From IMG/VR virus record IMGVR_UViG_3300028833_002934: 17,365 nt of DNA; one strand, written 5' to 3'. The translations under genes were made by a program, and so were the position numbers. Below the pieces are notes generated by a model. That model was given only the letters and a program-made list of their open reading frames with translations. It made no database searches and had not been told where the DNA came from. Position 1 is the first letter of the stretch. Each line of letters begins with the position of its first letter. This document shows positions 1 to 7,977 of the stretch, in pieces. This stretch comes from a virus.

Positions 1-76
1 ACCTTAACAACAGAATCAGACATAATTTTTATTCACCTTTCATTAATAAATTATTTTTTTTCTTTTTTACATACTT

Positions 77-105
77 ATTTTATAATATTTTTTTTAAATT
101 TGCAA
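77..105 (-). promoter_or_regulatory. sigma70-like promoter (minus strand: TTGCAA-17nt-TAAAAT), transcribes leftward out of window
   Basis: Plus-strand ttgcaa at 100-105 (self-complementary). Plus-strand atttta at 77-82 gives TAAAAT on the minus strand. Spacer is 17 nt. Confidence 0.35.
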
Positions 106-182
106 TTAGATTTCCTTTTTTAATAAGTATGCCGTTCATCTGTTTCTTTTTTAAAGATATTTCTTATCTTTTTTACAATTAT

Positions 183-211
183 ATTATATAATTTTTTTTT
201 TAAATTTTCAA
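183..211 (-). promoter_or_regulatory. Recurrent promoter module (minus strand: TTGAAA-17-TATAAT), transcribes leftward out of window
   Basis: Plus-strand tttcaa at 206-211 and attata at 183-188, with a 17 nt spacer. The module matches the copies at 5106, 7903, 12337 and 14878. Confidence 0.5.
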
Positions 212-1821
212 ATAGCCGTGTAATCTGCGATAACATCAGGGATACTAGAATTTAAATCAAATATTTCAGCGAATCTATCCTTATCAATCACATCATCTAA
301 TGTAATATAATATTTGACATCCCAAAGACGTTTGTCTATACGAGGTTTATTATTAAATACTTTAAAATATTCTGGGTTAGTATCAGGATCATATACATAA
401 ATGACATTATCATAATAAATAGGATTATTGTTATCATCATACCCAATTAACCAATGAAGGCAATCACAATGTTGTGCAAGATGAGAATAACCAGTTAGAT
501 CATCAACGACACATTCAGTTTCAAAACATTCTTCACAAATAGGATCATCTAAATCATCAATATAATAAAAATAATCTTTAGGAAGATAATCTCCGCAGCA
601 AGCGCAATAAGTTCCATTATCGCATTTTATGCACATTACGGCATTATCTCTTTCTCTATCTTCTATTGGTTGCCCACACCACATACATGTGGCTAAACCT
701 CCATAAGAAAATTCTGCCATATAATGCCAATTTGTTGCTTCTTTATCTTGCCATTCAGTTAAATGATATTTCCCTATTTTATTACGATTAATTCTTGCAC
801 GATGCGTATCAAGAGTCCCAAAATCATTATACATATATTGCTCAGGGGAAATATTAATAAGTAAATCATCATCTTCATTCCAAGGAATAGTATTAGCAAC
901 ATTTATTTCATCATTATCATAAGTCCATCCTAAATTATTTTCTGCCAATTCTTTAATCCACATTAAGACCGTATTTGTTAAATGTAGATCTTGGAAACAA
1001 TATCCTTTAATCTCTGACATCATTTCTGGATAAACAACGAATAATTCACGCCAATGTTTACTATTCCATTCCATACCTTGAATAGGCTCCATAGTATGTT
1101 CTGGATTATGCAAATATGCTACTAAAATATATGGAGAATTCATACACTCTATAGTGCCACATCTATAATCTCCATGATCCATCCAACTCATACAACTAGA
1201 CCAATTATTATTATTATCACTCATTGTCATAAAATCTAATGGATGGATTGATAAACAAAGTTCCCCATCAACCATTTTACTATTTAACATTTGAGAATGC
1301 CAAAGTCTAAAATTTTCAAAAATTTGTTCATCACATTTATATTTTTGTGCAATTTTAGATAAAATACGTAATGGGCGCATACCTTTTGATACTTTAAATT
1401 TTTCATTATCTGGTGGCAAATAATAGGTTGTCGTTGCATAAGGGTATTTATTATCTGCTAATACTGATAAATCAAAAGTATCCCTAATCATAGTATAAAC
1501 ACCATAATCTTGAGTTGACATAGGCCCCAAGACTTCTTTTTTTATCCACTATGAAAAATTCTCATAAGCTGGAGTATATTTCTCTATTGACATTTTTTTT
1601 ACTATTGCATCTGTATTATACATATAAGTATAAGGACGCCGCACAATAAAATTATTTCCTAAAAGTTTGTATAAAGTTTGTTTTTGGCGATCCCATTCGT
1701 GTAATATAATATCAAATCCACTAAAATCATGCTCTGGTTCATAATTATCATTAATGGGACCAAATGTTCTAATATAATTATAAATTAAATCTTTATCTTG
1801 TTCTGAAAGTTTTTCTATCAT
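208..1821 (-). CDS. Large Cys-rich hypothetical protein (~537 aa) if TAG at 1549-1551 is read through. Under the standard code it splits into two ORFs, 1549..1821 (90 aa) and 208..1530.
   Basis: Track ORFs 1549..1821 and 208..1530 share one frame (codon boundaries at 1821 and 1530 are both 0 mod 3). They are separated only by TAG at 1549-1551 plus 6 sense codons. RBS AAAGGAC lies upstream of ATG at 1821. The track's start at 1530 is TTG. The stop is TGA at 208-210. The C-terminal half carries many CxxC pairs. Function is not recognised. Confidence 0.5.
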
Positions 1822-1842
1822 TGTTTGTCCTTTAACAGCAAA

Positions 1843-1876
1843 AATTCAAAGGATTAAATATTAATCCTTTGAATTA
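1843..1876 (-). terminator. Intrinsic terminator-like hairpin between two minus-strand genes
   Basis: 14 bp perfect inverted repeat attcaaaggattaa/ttaatcctttgaat around a 3 nt loop. The plus-strand aaaaa at 1840-1844 is a U-run for the minus-strand transcript. The hairpin overlaps the TAA stop (1861-1863) of the upstream gene. Confidence 0.5.
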
Positions 1877-2793
1877 TCCTTTTCATTTACTTTATTATTC
1901 TTATCTTTCTTATTATTTAACATAAAATAAAGATATGGACTTCCACCCATTAACATCAACATAGTTGGATCAATATCTATATTATTTTTCTGTGTTAAAG
2001 CAAACAAAGCAAGTAAATTATTATTATTATTATTATCCTTAATAAACATTAAAGGAAGTAAACTACCAAATGGATTATTTGAATCAGCTTCTGGTAAATA
2101 ATCTGTAATAGATATAATAACAGTGACATAATTAAATCCAAATGGAGACATTGAAGGAAGGATTGTTAATTCTGTACCTTCATATGGGTTAATAACAACA
2201 AAACGGTTATCTTTAATTTCTTCAACAAACATCAAATTTCCATTATGAAGAACAATATCTCCAACCTCAACATCGCTTATTGCTTTTGGAAATTTATAGA
2301 AAATTTTAGAATTTTCAATTTCAATATTTAAAATATTAACATCAACAATAGCATTTCTCTAGCGATCAAAAGATACCCATTTATTCTCTTTATTTTTAAG
2401 AGCAATTCCAAAAGTAGAAAGACGTAAATTATTTGATGTATATGGGCCAAAACTAAAATCAGTATTACTCATTTTATCTTTTTGTTTTTCCTCCGCTAAT
2501 TTTTTCTCTATTATATCTTCTATAGACTACCATCCATTATTAGGCCATACATAAGATGACGATGTTAATGGTTGATAAGTAAAACTATAATCATTCGCAG
2601 TATAATCTCCTATTGAGATATTATTACTATATGTTTCTCCAGACTAAATAGTATATGTATCAGTAGATGATAGCCCAGTAACCTTGATACGATCATCTGC
2701 AATAGAAAACTATATACTACTATTATCATTACCACTTGTAATAGAATTTGAAGAACAAACTGTATTTACAGTGGATGTTAAATTATCAGACAT
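1861..2793 (-). CDS. Hypothetical protein, 310 aa, containing four in-frame TAG codons (recoded)
   Basis: ATG at 2793 lies 9 nt after GGAG. A single frame of 310 codons runs to TAA at 1861-1863. It is interrupted only by TAG at 2710-2712, 2644-2646, 2527-2529 and 2359-2361, with no in-frame TAA or TGA. The track saw only the last 124 aa (1861..2235). The N-terminus is Ser/Thr/Asn-rich. Confidence 0.6.
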
Positions 2794-2852
2794 TCTTTAC
2801 AACTCCAATACATTATTTTCTATATTAATTTTATCATTTTTTTTAAAGAATG

Positions 2853-3275
2853 TCAATAATCTTCATTTTCATCTTGAGCTTCTTGTTCAATAAAGAACAT
2901 TTCTCCATCAAAATGAACTTTTACTGTTTCATCTTCTATATAATTTTGGATATCTTCTGCTATTTGTTCTAATTCTTCTTCCGTATAAAGTTCCTCTATG
3001 TATTCGTTATCATAGGTTAAAAATAAAATAGCATCTTCAATAGAAGAACCAAATTCTCTATATTTATCATAAATATGAAAAAGATTTTCCTCAAAATTAC
3101 GAGCAAATGCTAAATCGAATAAATCTTCAATAGTATTTACTGTAAATTGTTTATCATTAACGACTATTGGGTCATCATTTTCATAAAGTTCTTGCAAAAG
3201 ATAAAAGTCATCTATATTATTATAAGATGTTAAACTTGCCATAGAACTTAGAAAAAAATCAATAGTTCTTGTCAA
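2853..3275 (-). CDS. Acidic hypothetical protein (140 aa from TTG). It may begin at ATG 3368 with a read-through TAG at 3306-3308.
   Basis: The track ORF starts at TTG. The same frame stays open upstream through a TAG to ATG at 3366-3368, 24 nt after the TGA stop of the upstream gene. Very acidic C-terminus. Stop is TGA at 2853-2855. Confidence 0.55.
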   Translation of the reverse strand: MTRTIDFFLSSMASLTSYNNIDDFYLLQELYENDDPIVVNDKQFTVNTIEDLFDLAFARNFEENLFHIYDKYREFGSSIEDAILFLTYDNEYIEELYTEEELEQIAEDIQNYIEDETVKVHFDGEMFFIEQEAQDENEDY

Positions 3276-3391
3276 TTCATGGTCATCAATTCCAGCAAGA
3301 TATCGCTACTTAGACGAAGTATCTAAATTTTTAAAATGAAAATATAAATCTTTAAATTCATCTAACATACTATTATAATAGACAAATTCTT

Positions 3392-3772
3392 TCAATATGA
3401 ATACCTCCTAGATGCTGGATCAACTACATCAACAGTTCCAATGAAACTCATATTCATATGCATTGGGTCATAATTTTCTCTTAGATTAAGGTATTGTACT
3501 AATCCATGGGCTAACTGATCGCAAAGACTTTCTTTAATATGAGCATACATTTTATCTTTATCTTCTCCTATTAAAGAGTAGCAACGAAGCATATGTTCAT
3601 CTACAATGGCTTTTGCTGCCAATGTCACCGTATCAGACTGCTCTTTAACAATATGGATAATTCCATATTCGTCTTTATTTTCAAATTCAGTTCCGCAATA
3701 TTCACAGTAATACTTACCCCAACCTTTATGTTTTACATGGCCTCCACAATTAGGGCATTTAAGTTCTTTCAT
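3392..3772 (-). CDS. Zinc-ribbon (CxxC...CxxC) hypothetical protein, 126 aa
   Basis: ATG at 3772 is preceded by AAAGGAG. The N-terminus reads CPNCGG...13 residues...CEYCG. Stop is TGA. Confidence 0.7.
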   Translation of the reverse strand: MKELKCPNCGGHVKHKGWGKYYCEYCGTEFENKDEYGIIHIVKEQSDTVTLAAKAIVDEHMLRCYSLIGEDKDKMYAHIKESLCDQLAHGLVQYLNLRENYDPMHMNMSFIGTVDVVDPASRRYSY

Positions 3773-3874
3773 TATTTATACTCCTTTGGTAAAAAAATAT
3801 ATATGACTCTAAGGATAGACCATAGATAAACTAGACCTATCCCTAAAATTGTAAATATTCCAATTTTAATAATT

Positions 3875-4609
3875 TTATTCTACAATTCCTAAATCCTCCT
3901 TAATAGTGCATCGGGTCAGTACAGTCTGTTTAACAGCCTTATATGTAGTATGGTCTTTAATTGTTCCTGCCATATAATACATATGGCCTTCTTCAAGATG
4001 CTTAGCCATAGTGCTCCATGTAAAAGCATTACCAGCTTCATCGGTGAAAGTATGAAAAATACTAGTTCCATACATATTATTTACTTCAATTGCTCTAACA
4101 CAAGTCAGATTAAGAGTAATACGATCGCCAATTTTCCCAATCCAAACAGAAGTGCCCGGGTCATACAACTTTTCATCAACAATAGCAGTAATATCTTTAT
4201 CAGAAATTAACTGACCATCAAGAGAAATTTCATCCCATTCCAATTTAACAGGAGTGATTCCCGCAGGGATAGTCTCTGGCATTTCTTCAGATGACGGCAA
4301 ATACCATCCCCATAATTTAGTATAACGGCAAGGAGAAAGTTTAAACCAATCAAGAAGACTATAAGTATCACCTTTAAAAATCCAAATATAACCGGCTTCT
4401 CCAAAACCAAGAACATCCCTACGACTTTTTGCAGGCCGAATAATCGTTACTTCTGGATTATAACGACGATATTCTGCTTCACTATATGCTCGTACAACTT
4501 TTTCATGACCATTTTTCATACGAACTTTTACATACATTTTACCATTAACTTCATATGGCTCGCACAACTGTTCCAATTCCTGGTAAGATTTAGCAACTAA
4601 AGCACTCAT
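3875..4609 (-). CDS. Hypothetical protein, ~244 aa
   Basis: The track starts at GTG 4624. An ATG at 4609 with upstream AAGGGTGGA is the more plausible start. The start region overlaps the TGA stop of the upstream gene. Stop is TAA at 3875-3877. Confidence 0.65.
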   Translation of the reverse strand: MSALVAKSYQELEQLCEPYEVNGKMYVKVRMKNGHEKVVRAYSEAEYRRYNPEVTIIRPAKSRRDVLGFGEAGYIWIFKGDTYSLLDWFKLSPCRYTKLWGWYLPSSEEMPETIPAGITPVKLEWDEISLDGQLISDKDITAIVDEKLYDPGTSVWIGKIGDRITLNLTCVRAIEVNNMYGTSIFHTFTDEAGNAFTWSTMAKHLEEGHMYYMAGTIKDHTTYKAVKQTVLTRCTIKEDLGIVE

Positions 4610-4614
4610 TTTTA

Positions 4615-5073
4615 TCACATCCACCCTTCAAAAATCATATTAAGTTCTTTTACTGCTTCTGGATTATTATTCATAAAATTAACAACAAACATATTTGCTT
4701 CAAATTCATCAAGAATATGCCAATAATCAAAAGCATTATATACACTTTCTTTTTGAAACTTAAAAATAATTTGTTCAAGATCATCATAATTGCTATCTGT
4801 AAGACAATGCCCTAATTCGTGTAAAAAAGTTAAAACAGAATTAGTAGCATTGATATCGCAACCATATTCATGAAGAAATTGACGGAAATCATTATGAATA
4901 GGTTTATCTTGTTTTCCTATATAGATAACTTGTTCTTTCCAAGCATAACCAGATTCTTTATTATATAAAAAAGTAAGACCATTGAAATGAAGATATTTTT
5001 GTACCCAATTATTTAAATCATCATTAAGAGTTCTAGGAACACTTATGCCAAAGTGAGAAAAATAATATTTCAT
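4615..5073 (-). CDS. HExxH zinc-metallopeptidase-like hypothetical protein, 152 aa
   Basis: ATG at 5073 with GAGG RBS. Contains FLHELGHCL (HExxH) and sits directly downstream of a consensus promoter module. Confidence 0.65.
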   Translation of the reverse strand: MKYYFSHFGISVPRTLNDDLNNWVQKYLHFNGLTFLYNKESGYAWKEQVIYIGKQDKPIHNDFRQFLHEYGCDINATNSVLTFLHELGHCLTDSNYDDLEQIIFKFQKESVYNAFDYWHILDEFEANMFVVNFMNNNPEAVKELNMIFEGWM

Positions 5074-5105
5074 AAAAAATACCTCATTTCTTATTTTCTA
5101 TAAAT

Positions 5106-5134
5106 ATTATATAATATTTTTTTAAAATTTTCAA
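5106..5134 (-). promoter_or_regulatory. Promoter module TTGAAA-17-TATAAT driving gene 4615..5073
   Basis: Plus-strand tttcaa at 5129-5134 and attata at 5106-5111, with a 17 nt spacer. It belongs to a ~75 bp segment duplicated at 7861-7935. Confidence 0.55.
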
Positions 5135-5142
5135 TTAAAAAA

Positions 5143-5172
5143 TTAAAGAGGCAATACAAATTGCCCCTTTAA
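5143..5172 (-). terminator. Intrinsic terminator hairpin after gene 5174..5509
   Basis: Stem ttaaagaggcaat/attgcccctttaa (13 bp, one wobble) around loop acaa. A/T runs flank it on both sides. Confidence 0.5.
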
Positions 5173-5173
5173 T

Positions 5174-5509
5174 TTACCACCATTCACAAAATAGATACAT
5201 TTGTGGAGTTTCTGACGCTGCAATTTCTGGGAACTCTTTCTTAAATAAATTAATAAAATCTTCCCAATCTTTTAGATCTATTTCTCTAGACATATTCATA
5301 TTAATTGGTTCATAATAATCAGTAGAACTGAGAGTAAGACCGCAAAAAACATCGCTATCAGCAGCATAACTATTAATATCACAAAAATAATCTTCAAGTG
5401 TCATATAATTCGCATCATTTATATTTTCAATTTTGTTCATATAATTCTGATGTTCATCACTTGAAATAATATATCCATATCCAATTCTTGCAGAAGCATC
5501 AACGCTCAT
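5174..5509 (-). CDS. Hypothetical acidic protein, 111 aa; paralogue of 7551..7868
   Basis: GGAGATTAATT precedes ATG at 5509. The N-terminus MSVD....GYGY..S.E is shared with the protein at 7868. Stop is TAA. Confidence 0.7.
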   Translation of the reverse strand: MSVDASARIGYGYIISSDEHQNYMNKIENINDANYMTLEDYFCDINSYAADSDVFCGLTLSSTDYYEPINMNMSREIDLKDWEDFINLFKKEFPEIAASETPQMYLFCEWW

Positions 5510-5545
5510 AATTAATCTCCTTATATTTAAGATTAGTAAAAATAT

Positions 5546-5785
5546 TTATCTTACTTCAGGAACGCTAGTAATTCCAAACTGTTCAATATAAGAATTTAGA
5601 CTATCTTTTCTCCATTGATTATCAATAGGATTATTAGGATAATTCCAAATTAAATATTTTGCTTCTTCCCAAATAGATAAAAGAATTTCTTCTAACAATC
5701 CTTTATCATAACTAGCATAATATAAAAGAGTGTCAGTCGTTTCTGCTCGTTTTTCTAGTTTATATAAAATATAAATATTATTCAA
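5546..5785 (-). CDS. Small hypothetical protein, 79 aa; weak member of the tandem LLQEIL family
   Basis: The ORF has the motif DKGLLEEILLS. Its start overlaps the end of the upstream gene (5778..6029). Confidence 0.55.
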   Translation of the reverse strand: MNNIYILYKLEKRAETTDTLLYYASYDKGLLEEILLSIWEEAKYLIWNYPNNPIDNQWRKDSLNSYIEQFGITSVPEVR

Positions 5786-6029
5786 TATAATAATCCTCCA
5801 AATTTATAATTTCATAAGCAGAAGTAGCCATAGGAGCCGCAAATTTTTTCCACCATTCTTGTGGAGTATAATATTTAGTTAAAGATGGCAAATTAAATGG
5901 TAAGGAAAAACAATAAATTAACCATTGCTCATATTCTGTATCAAAATAACTATCCATAATTATTTCTTGAAGTAATTCTCTATCATTAGAAGTATAAGTA
6001 ATTTTTTCATTTATAAAAAGAGCATACAT
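5778..6029 (-). CDS. Small hypothetical protein, 83 aa; tandem paralogue family
   Basis: ATG at 6029 is preceded by AAGGGGA. It shares RELLQEIIMDSYF and the C-terminal LEDYYIE with its neighbours. Confidence 0.65.
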   Translation of the reverse strand: MYALFINEKITYTSNDRELLQEIIMDSYFDTEYEQWLIYCFSLPFNLPSLTKYYTPQEWWKKFAAPMATSAYEIINLEDYYIE

Positions 6030-6044
6030 AATTTTTCCCCTTAA

Positions 6045-6296
6045 TTATTCAATATAGCAATCTAAATCTATAATATATTGTTCGCATAAAAAAGGATGTT
6101 CTTTTTCTACTTTCCAAAAAGAAATAGCATCTTCTGGACAAAGCCTATATTTTGTGCCCACGGCATGGCATTGAAGATTATAAGTGTAGTAAGCAAAATC
6201 AAAATAATCATCTGCTAAAATTTCTTGAAGTAAATCTTTATCAGAAGAAATATATTTTAGATTTTCTCCTATGTAATAACCATATAATTTATTCAA
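6045..6296 (-). CDS. Small hypothetical protein, ~83 aa, probable TTG start; tandem paralogue family
   Basis: GGAGGA lies 8 nt before TTG at 6294-6296. The protein then begins (M)NKLYGYYIG...DKDLLQEILADDYF...DLDCYIE, parallel to gene 6289..6576. The long hydrophobic N-terminus in the track ORF overlaps the upstream gene in another frame and is likely an artefact. Confidence 0.5.
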   Translation of the reverse strand: MNKLYGYYIGENLKYISSDKDLLQEILADDYFDFAYYTYNLQCHAVGTKYRLCPEDAISFWKVEKEHPFLCEQYIIDLDCYIE

Positions 6297-6576
6297 CTCG
6301 ATATTCCTCCAAATCTTTAATAAATCGAGAAGATAAATGAGAATTAACAAAATTAGAATCTTTATCTTTGGCCTGATGCCAAAAAACACGAGGAGAAGAT
6401 ATTTCATCAATTTCATGAAGCCAATATACAGAAGAAAATGATGTAAGATAACTATACCAATGGTATGCTTCTTCATAATAATCATCCATCAAAATCTCTT
6501 GGAGTAATTCTTTGCTAGAAGACACTTTCATAAGCACACTACCTTTAAAATATCCATAAAGTTTATTTGTCTCCAT
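6289..6576 (-). CDS. Small hypothetical protein, 95 aa; tandem paralogue family
   Basis: Strong RBS GGAGGG precedes ATG at 6576. The protein reads METNKLYGYF...SKELLQEILMDDYY...LEEYRVE. The TAA stop overlaps the next gene's start. Confidence 0.65.
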   Translation of the reverse strand: METNKLYGYFKGSVLMKVSSSKELLQEILMDDYYEEAYHWYSYLTSFSSVYWLHEIDEISSPRVFWHQAKDKDSNFVNSHLSSRFIKDLEEYRVE

Positions 6577-6883
6577 GCTTTCCCTCCATATCGCATCTAA
6601 AAAAGAAATCATAAATATCATCATAAGATTCAAAAATTTCATTAAGTTTGGTATTCCAAACAGAACCGCATTTCATAACGCCATTTACGCAATCGAGAAC
6701 TTCTTCCGCAACGCTTTCGTAATCTTCATAAATTTCTTTACATTTCTTTTCAGTCATTTTACGGAGAAGAATCCATGCTTCGTTGGCACAAAGATGGTCC
6801 ATATTTGTATCAGGAGCATTATATTCTAAATCCATAATATCAGCGATTAATTCACACATATCACAAAAAATAGTTTGATCCAT
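6563..6883 (-). CDS. Hypothetical acidic protein, 106 aa
   Basis: ORF in the minus-strand operon. It overlaps the downstream gene by 14 nt. Confidence 0.6.
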   Translation of the reverse strand: MDQTIFCDMCELIADIMDLEYNAPDTNMDHLCANEAWILLRKMTEKKCKEIYEDYESVAEEVLDCVNGVMKCGSVWNTKLNEIFESYDDIYDFFFRCDMEGKHGDK

Positions 6884-7165
6884 TTATACTTCCTCCATCC
6901 ACTTATGATTGCGCTTTATAATAGTAGAATGTATATCAGAATGAAAATGTACTTTTAGTTTAAGATGTCGCATTTTCCCAGAATCATGTAAAGTTTCAAG
7001 TTCGTTCAAAATTTCGATATTATTTAAATCTAAAAAGAAAGTAGTAGTTCCCGCTTTATATGCGGCGCGCACATATTTAAGAGTATCGTTTACAGTTTTA
7101 AAATGCTCGTCATAGATATTACCGGCCGGTGTGGGCCGCAGGTCATCGACATAAATAAATTTCAT
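6884..7165 (-). CDS. Hypothetical protein, 93 aa
   Basis: ORF that abuts its neighbours (6563..6883 and 7162..7548) with no gap. Confidence 0.6.
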   Translation of the reverse strand: MKFIYVDDLRPTPAGNIYDEHFKTVNDTLKYVRAAYKAGTTTFFLDLNNIEILNELETLHDSGKMRHLKLKVHFHSDIHSTIIKRNHKWMEEV

Positions 7166-7548
7166 ACTATACCAATCTCCTTAAAATTTATTTTAGCATA
7201 TCTACCTTCTAAATTTGCTTGGTCAAATGGATTGGGATCTTCCGCCCATACATTAAAATTTTCTACAATACACTGATTGACCCAATACCAAATTTTAGAT
7301 TCTACAAAAAGCCCAGTTTCAAACCAATATTGTGCTGTTTTATTTGTTTTATTATCTTTACATTCTAATAAAACATATAATTGAGCGCCACTATTGTCAT
7401 AATAAGTATAAAATTTAGATTGCTTTTGGCAAATAGTAAAACGACCATTCCAAACCCAATCATTTTTAATATTTTTATTTAATTCACGAATTATTTTATT
7501 AATATATCGTTGATACTTCTTACGTTTTAAACTGGTTAATTTCATCAT
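7162..7548 (-). CDS. Hypothetical basic, Trp-rich protein, 128 aa
   Basis: ORF with a 4 nt overlap onto the next gene. Confidence 0.6.
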   Translation of the reverse strand: MMKLTSLKRKKYQRYINKIIRELNKNIKNDWVWNGRFTICQKQSKFYTYYDNSGAQLYVLLECKDNKTNKTAQYWFETGLFVESKIWYWVNQCIVENFNVWAEDPNPFDQANLEGRYAKINFKEIGIV

Positions 7549-7550
7549 AA

Positions 7551-7868
7551 TTACGTCACCGCAAATCCTATATAATGATGCGCGATTTCATTGGATTTAA
7601 TTCCAAAGATATTCTTATATTCGGCAAGCATTTTGTGTAATTCATCATGATCCATTTCATCTACTACTGGAATTTGATATACTTCACATCCATCAACGAT
7701 CGCAAGTGTAATGCCAAAAAATCCCTTATAAGATTCAGAATAACCATCAAGGATTGTAAAATAATCACTGTCGAATAATTCATCGCGTTTTTCTGGGGCA
7801 AGTGTAGATATTTTTTCATCAGAAACTTCATAACCATATCCATAAAAAACTCTATAATCAACGCTCAT
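7551..7868 (-). CDS. Hypothetical acidic protein, ~105 aa; paralogue of 5174..5509
   Basis: The probable start is the second ATG, at 7868 (MSVDYRVFYGYGY...), preceded by TGAGGAA. The first 12 nt, ATGAGCGTTGAT, are identical to the paralogue's start. Confidence 0.7.
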   Translation of the reverse strand: MSVDYRVFYGYGYEVSDEKISTLAPEKRDELFDSDYFTILDGYSESYKGFFGITLAIVDGCEVYQIPVVDEMDHDELHKMLAEYKNIFGIKSNEIAHHYIGFAVT

Positions 7869-7902
7869 AAAAAAATTCCTCATTTCTTATTTTTCTATAA
7901 AT

Positions 7903-7931
7903 ATTATATAATATTTTTTTAAAATTTTCAA
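7903..7931 (-). promoter_or_regulatory. Promoter module TTGAAA-17-TATAAT driving gene 7551..7868
   Basis: Plus-strand tttcaa at 7926-7931 and attata at 7903-7908, with a 17 nt spacer. It is a duplicate of the 5106-5134 module. Confidence 0.55.
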
Positions 7932-7977
7932 ATAAAAAAATACTTTACCTTAAAAATAAGGTAAAGTATTTTTTTTA
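7932..7977. terminator. Bidirectional intrinsic terminator directly after the MVP-like gene
   Basis: Perfect 13 bp stem atactttacctta/taaggtaaagtat around loop aaaa. It is flanked by an A8 run on the left and a T8 run on the right. Confidence 0.6.

Noticed and set aside
3593-4416. ORFs 3593..3829 (+), 3950..4210 (+) and 4207..4416 (-)
   Set aside because: They are embedded in or antisense to the better-supported genes 3392..3772 and 3875..4609.
6297-6485. Hydrophobic N-terminal 60 residues of track ORF 6045..6485
   Set aside because: This stretch overlaps gene 6289..6576 in another frame. The paralogue comparison and the GGAGGA-TTG at 6296 indicate that the real protein starts at 6296.
6884-7165. 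Possible cyclic-phosphate-processing receiver (CPR)-like domain in the 93 aa protein (MKFIYVDDLRP...)
   Set aside because: It rests on only a vague resemblance to the N-terminal IxxDDxR motif, too weak to call without a profile search.
7664-7861. ORF 7664..7861 (-) and the extra first ATG of ORF 7551..7883
   Set aside because: The alternative frame lies within 7551..7868. The upstream ATG at 7883 is part of the RBS region, and the paralogue alignment favours the ATG at 7868.
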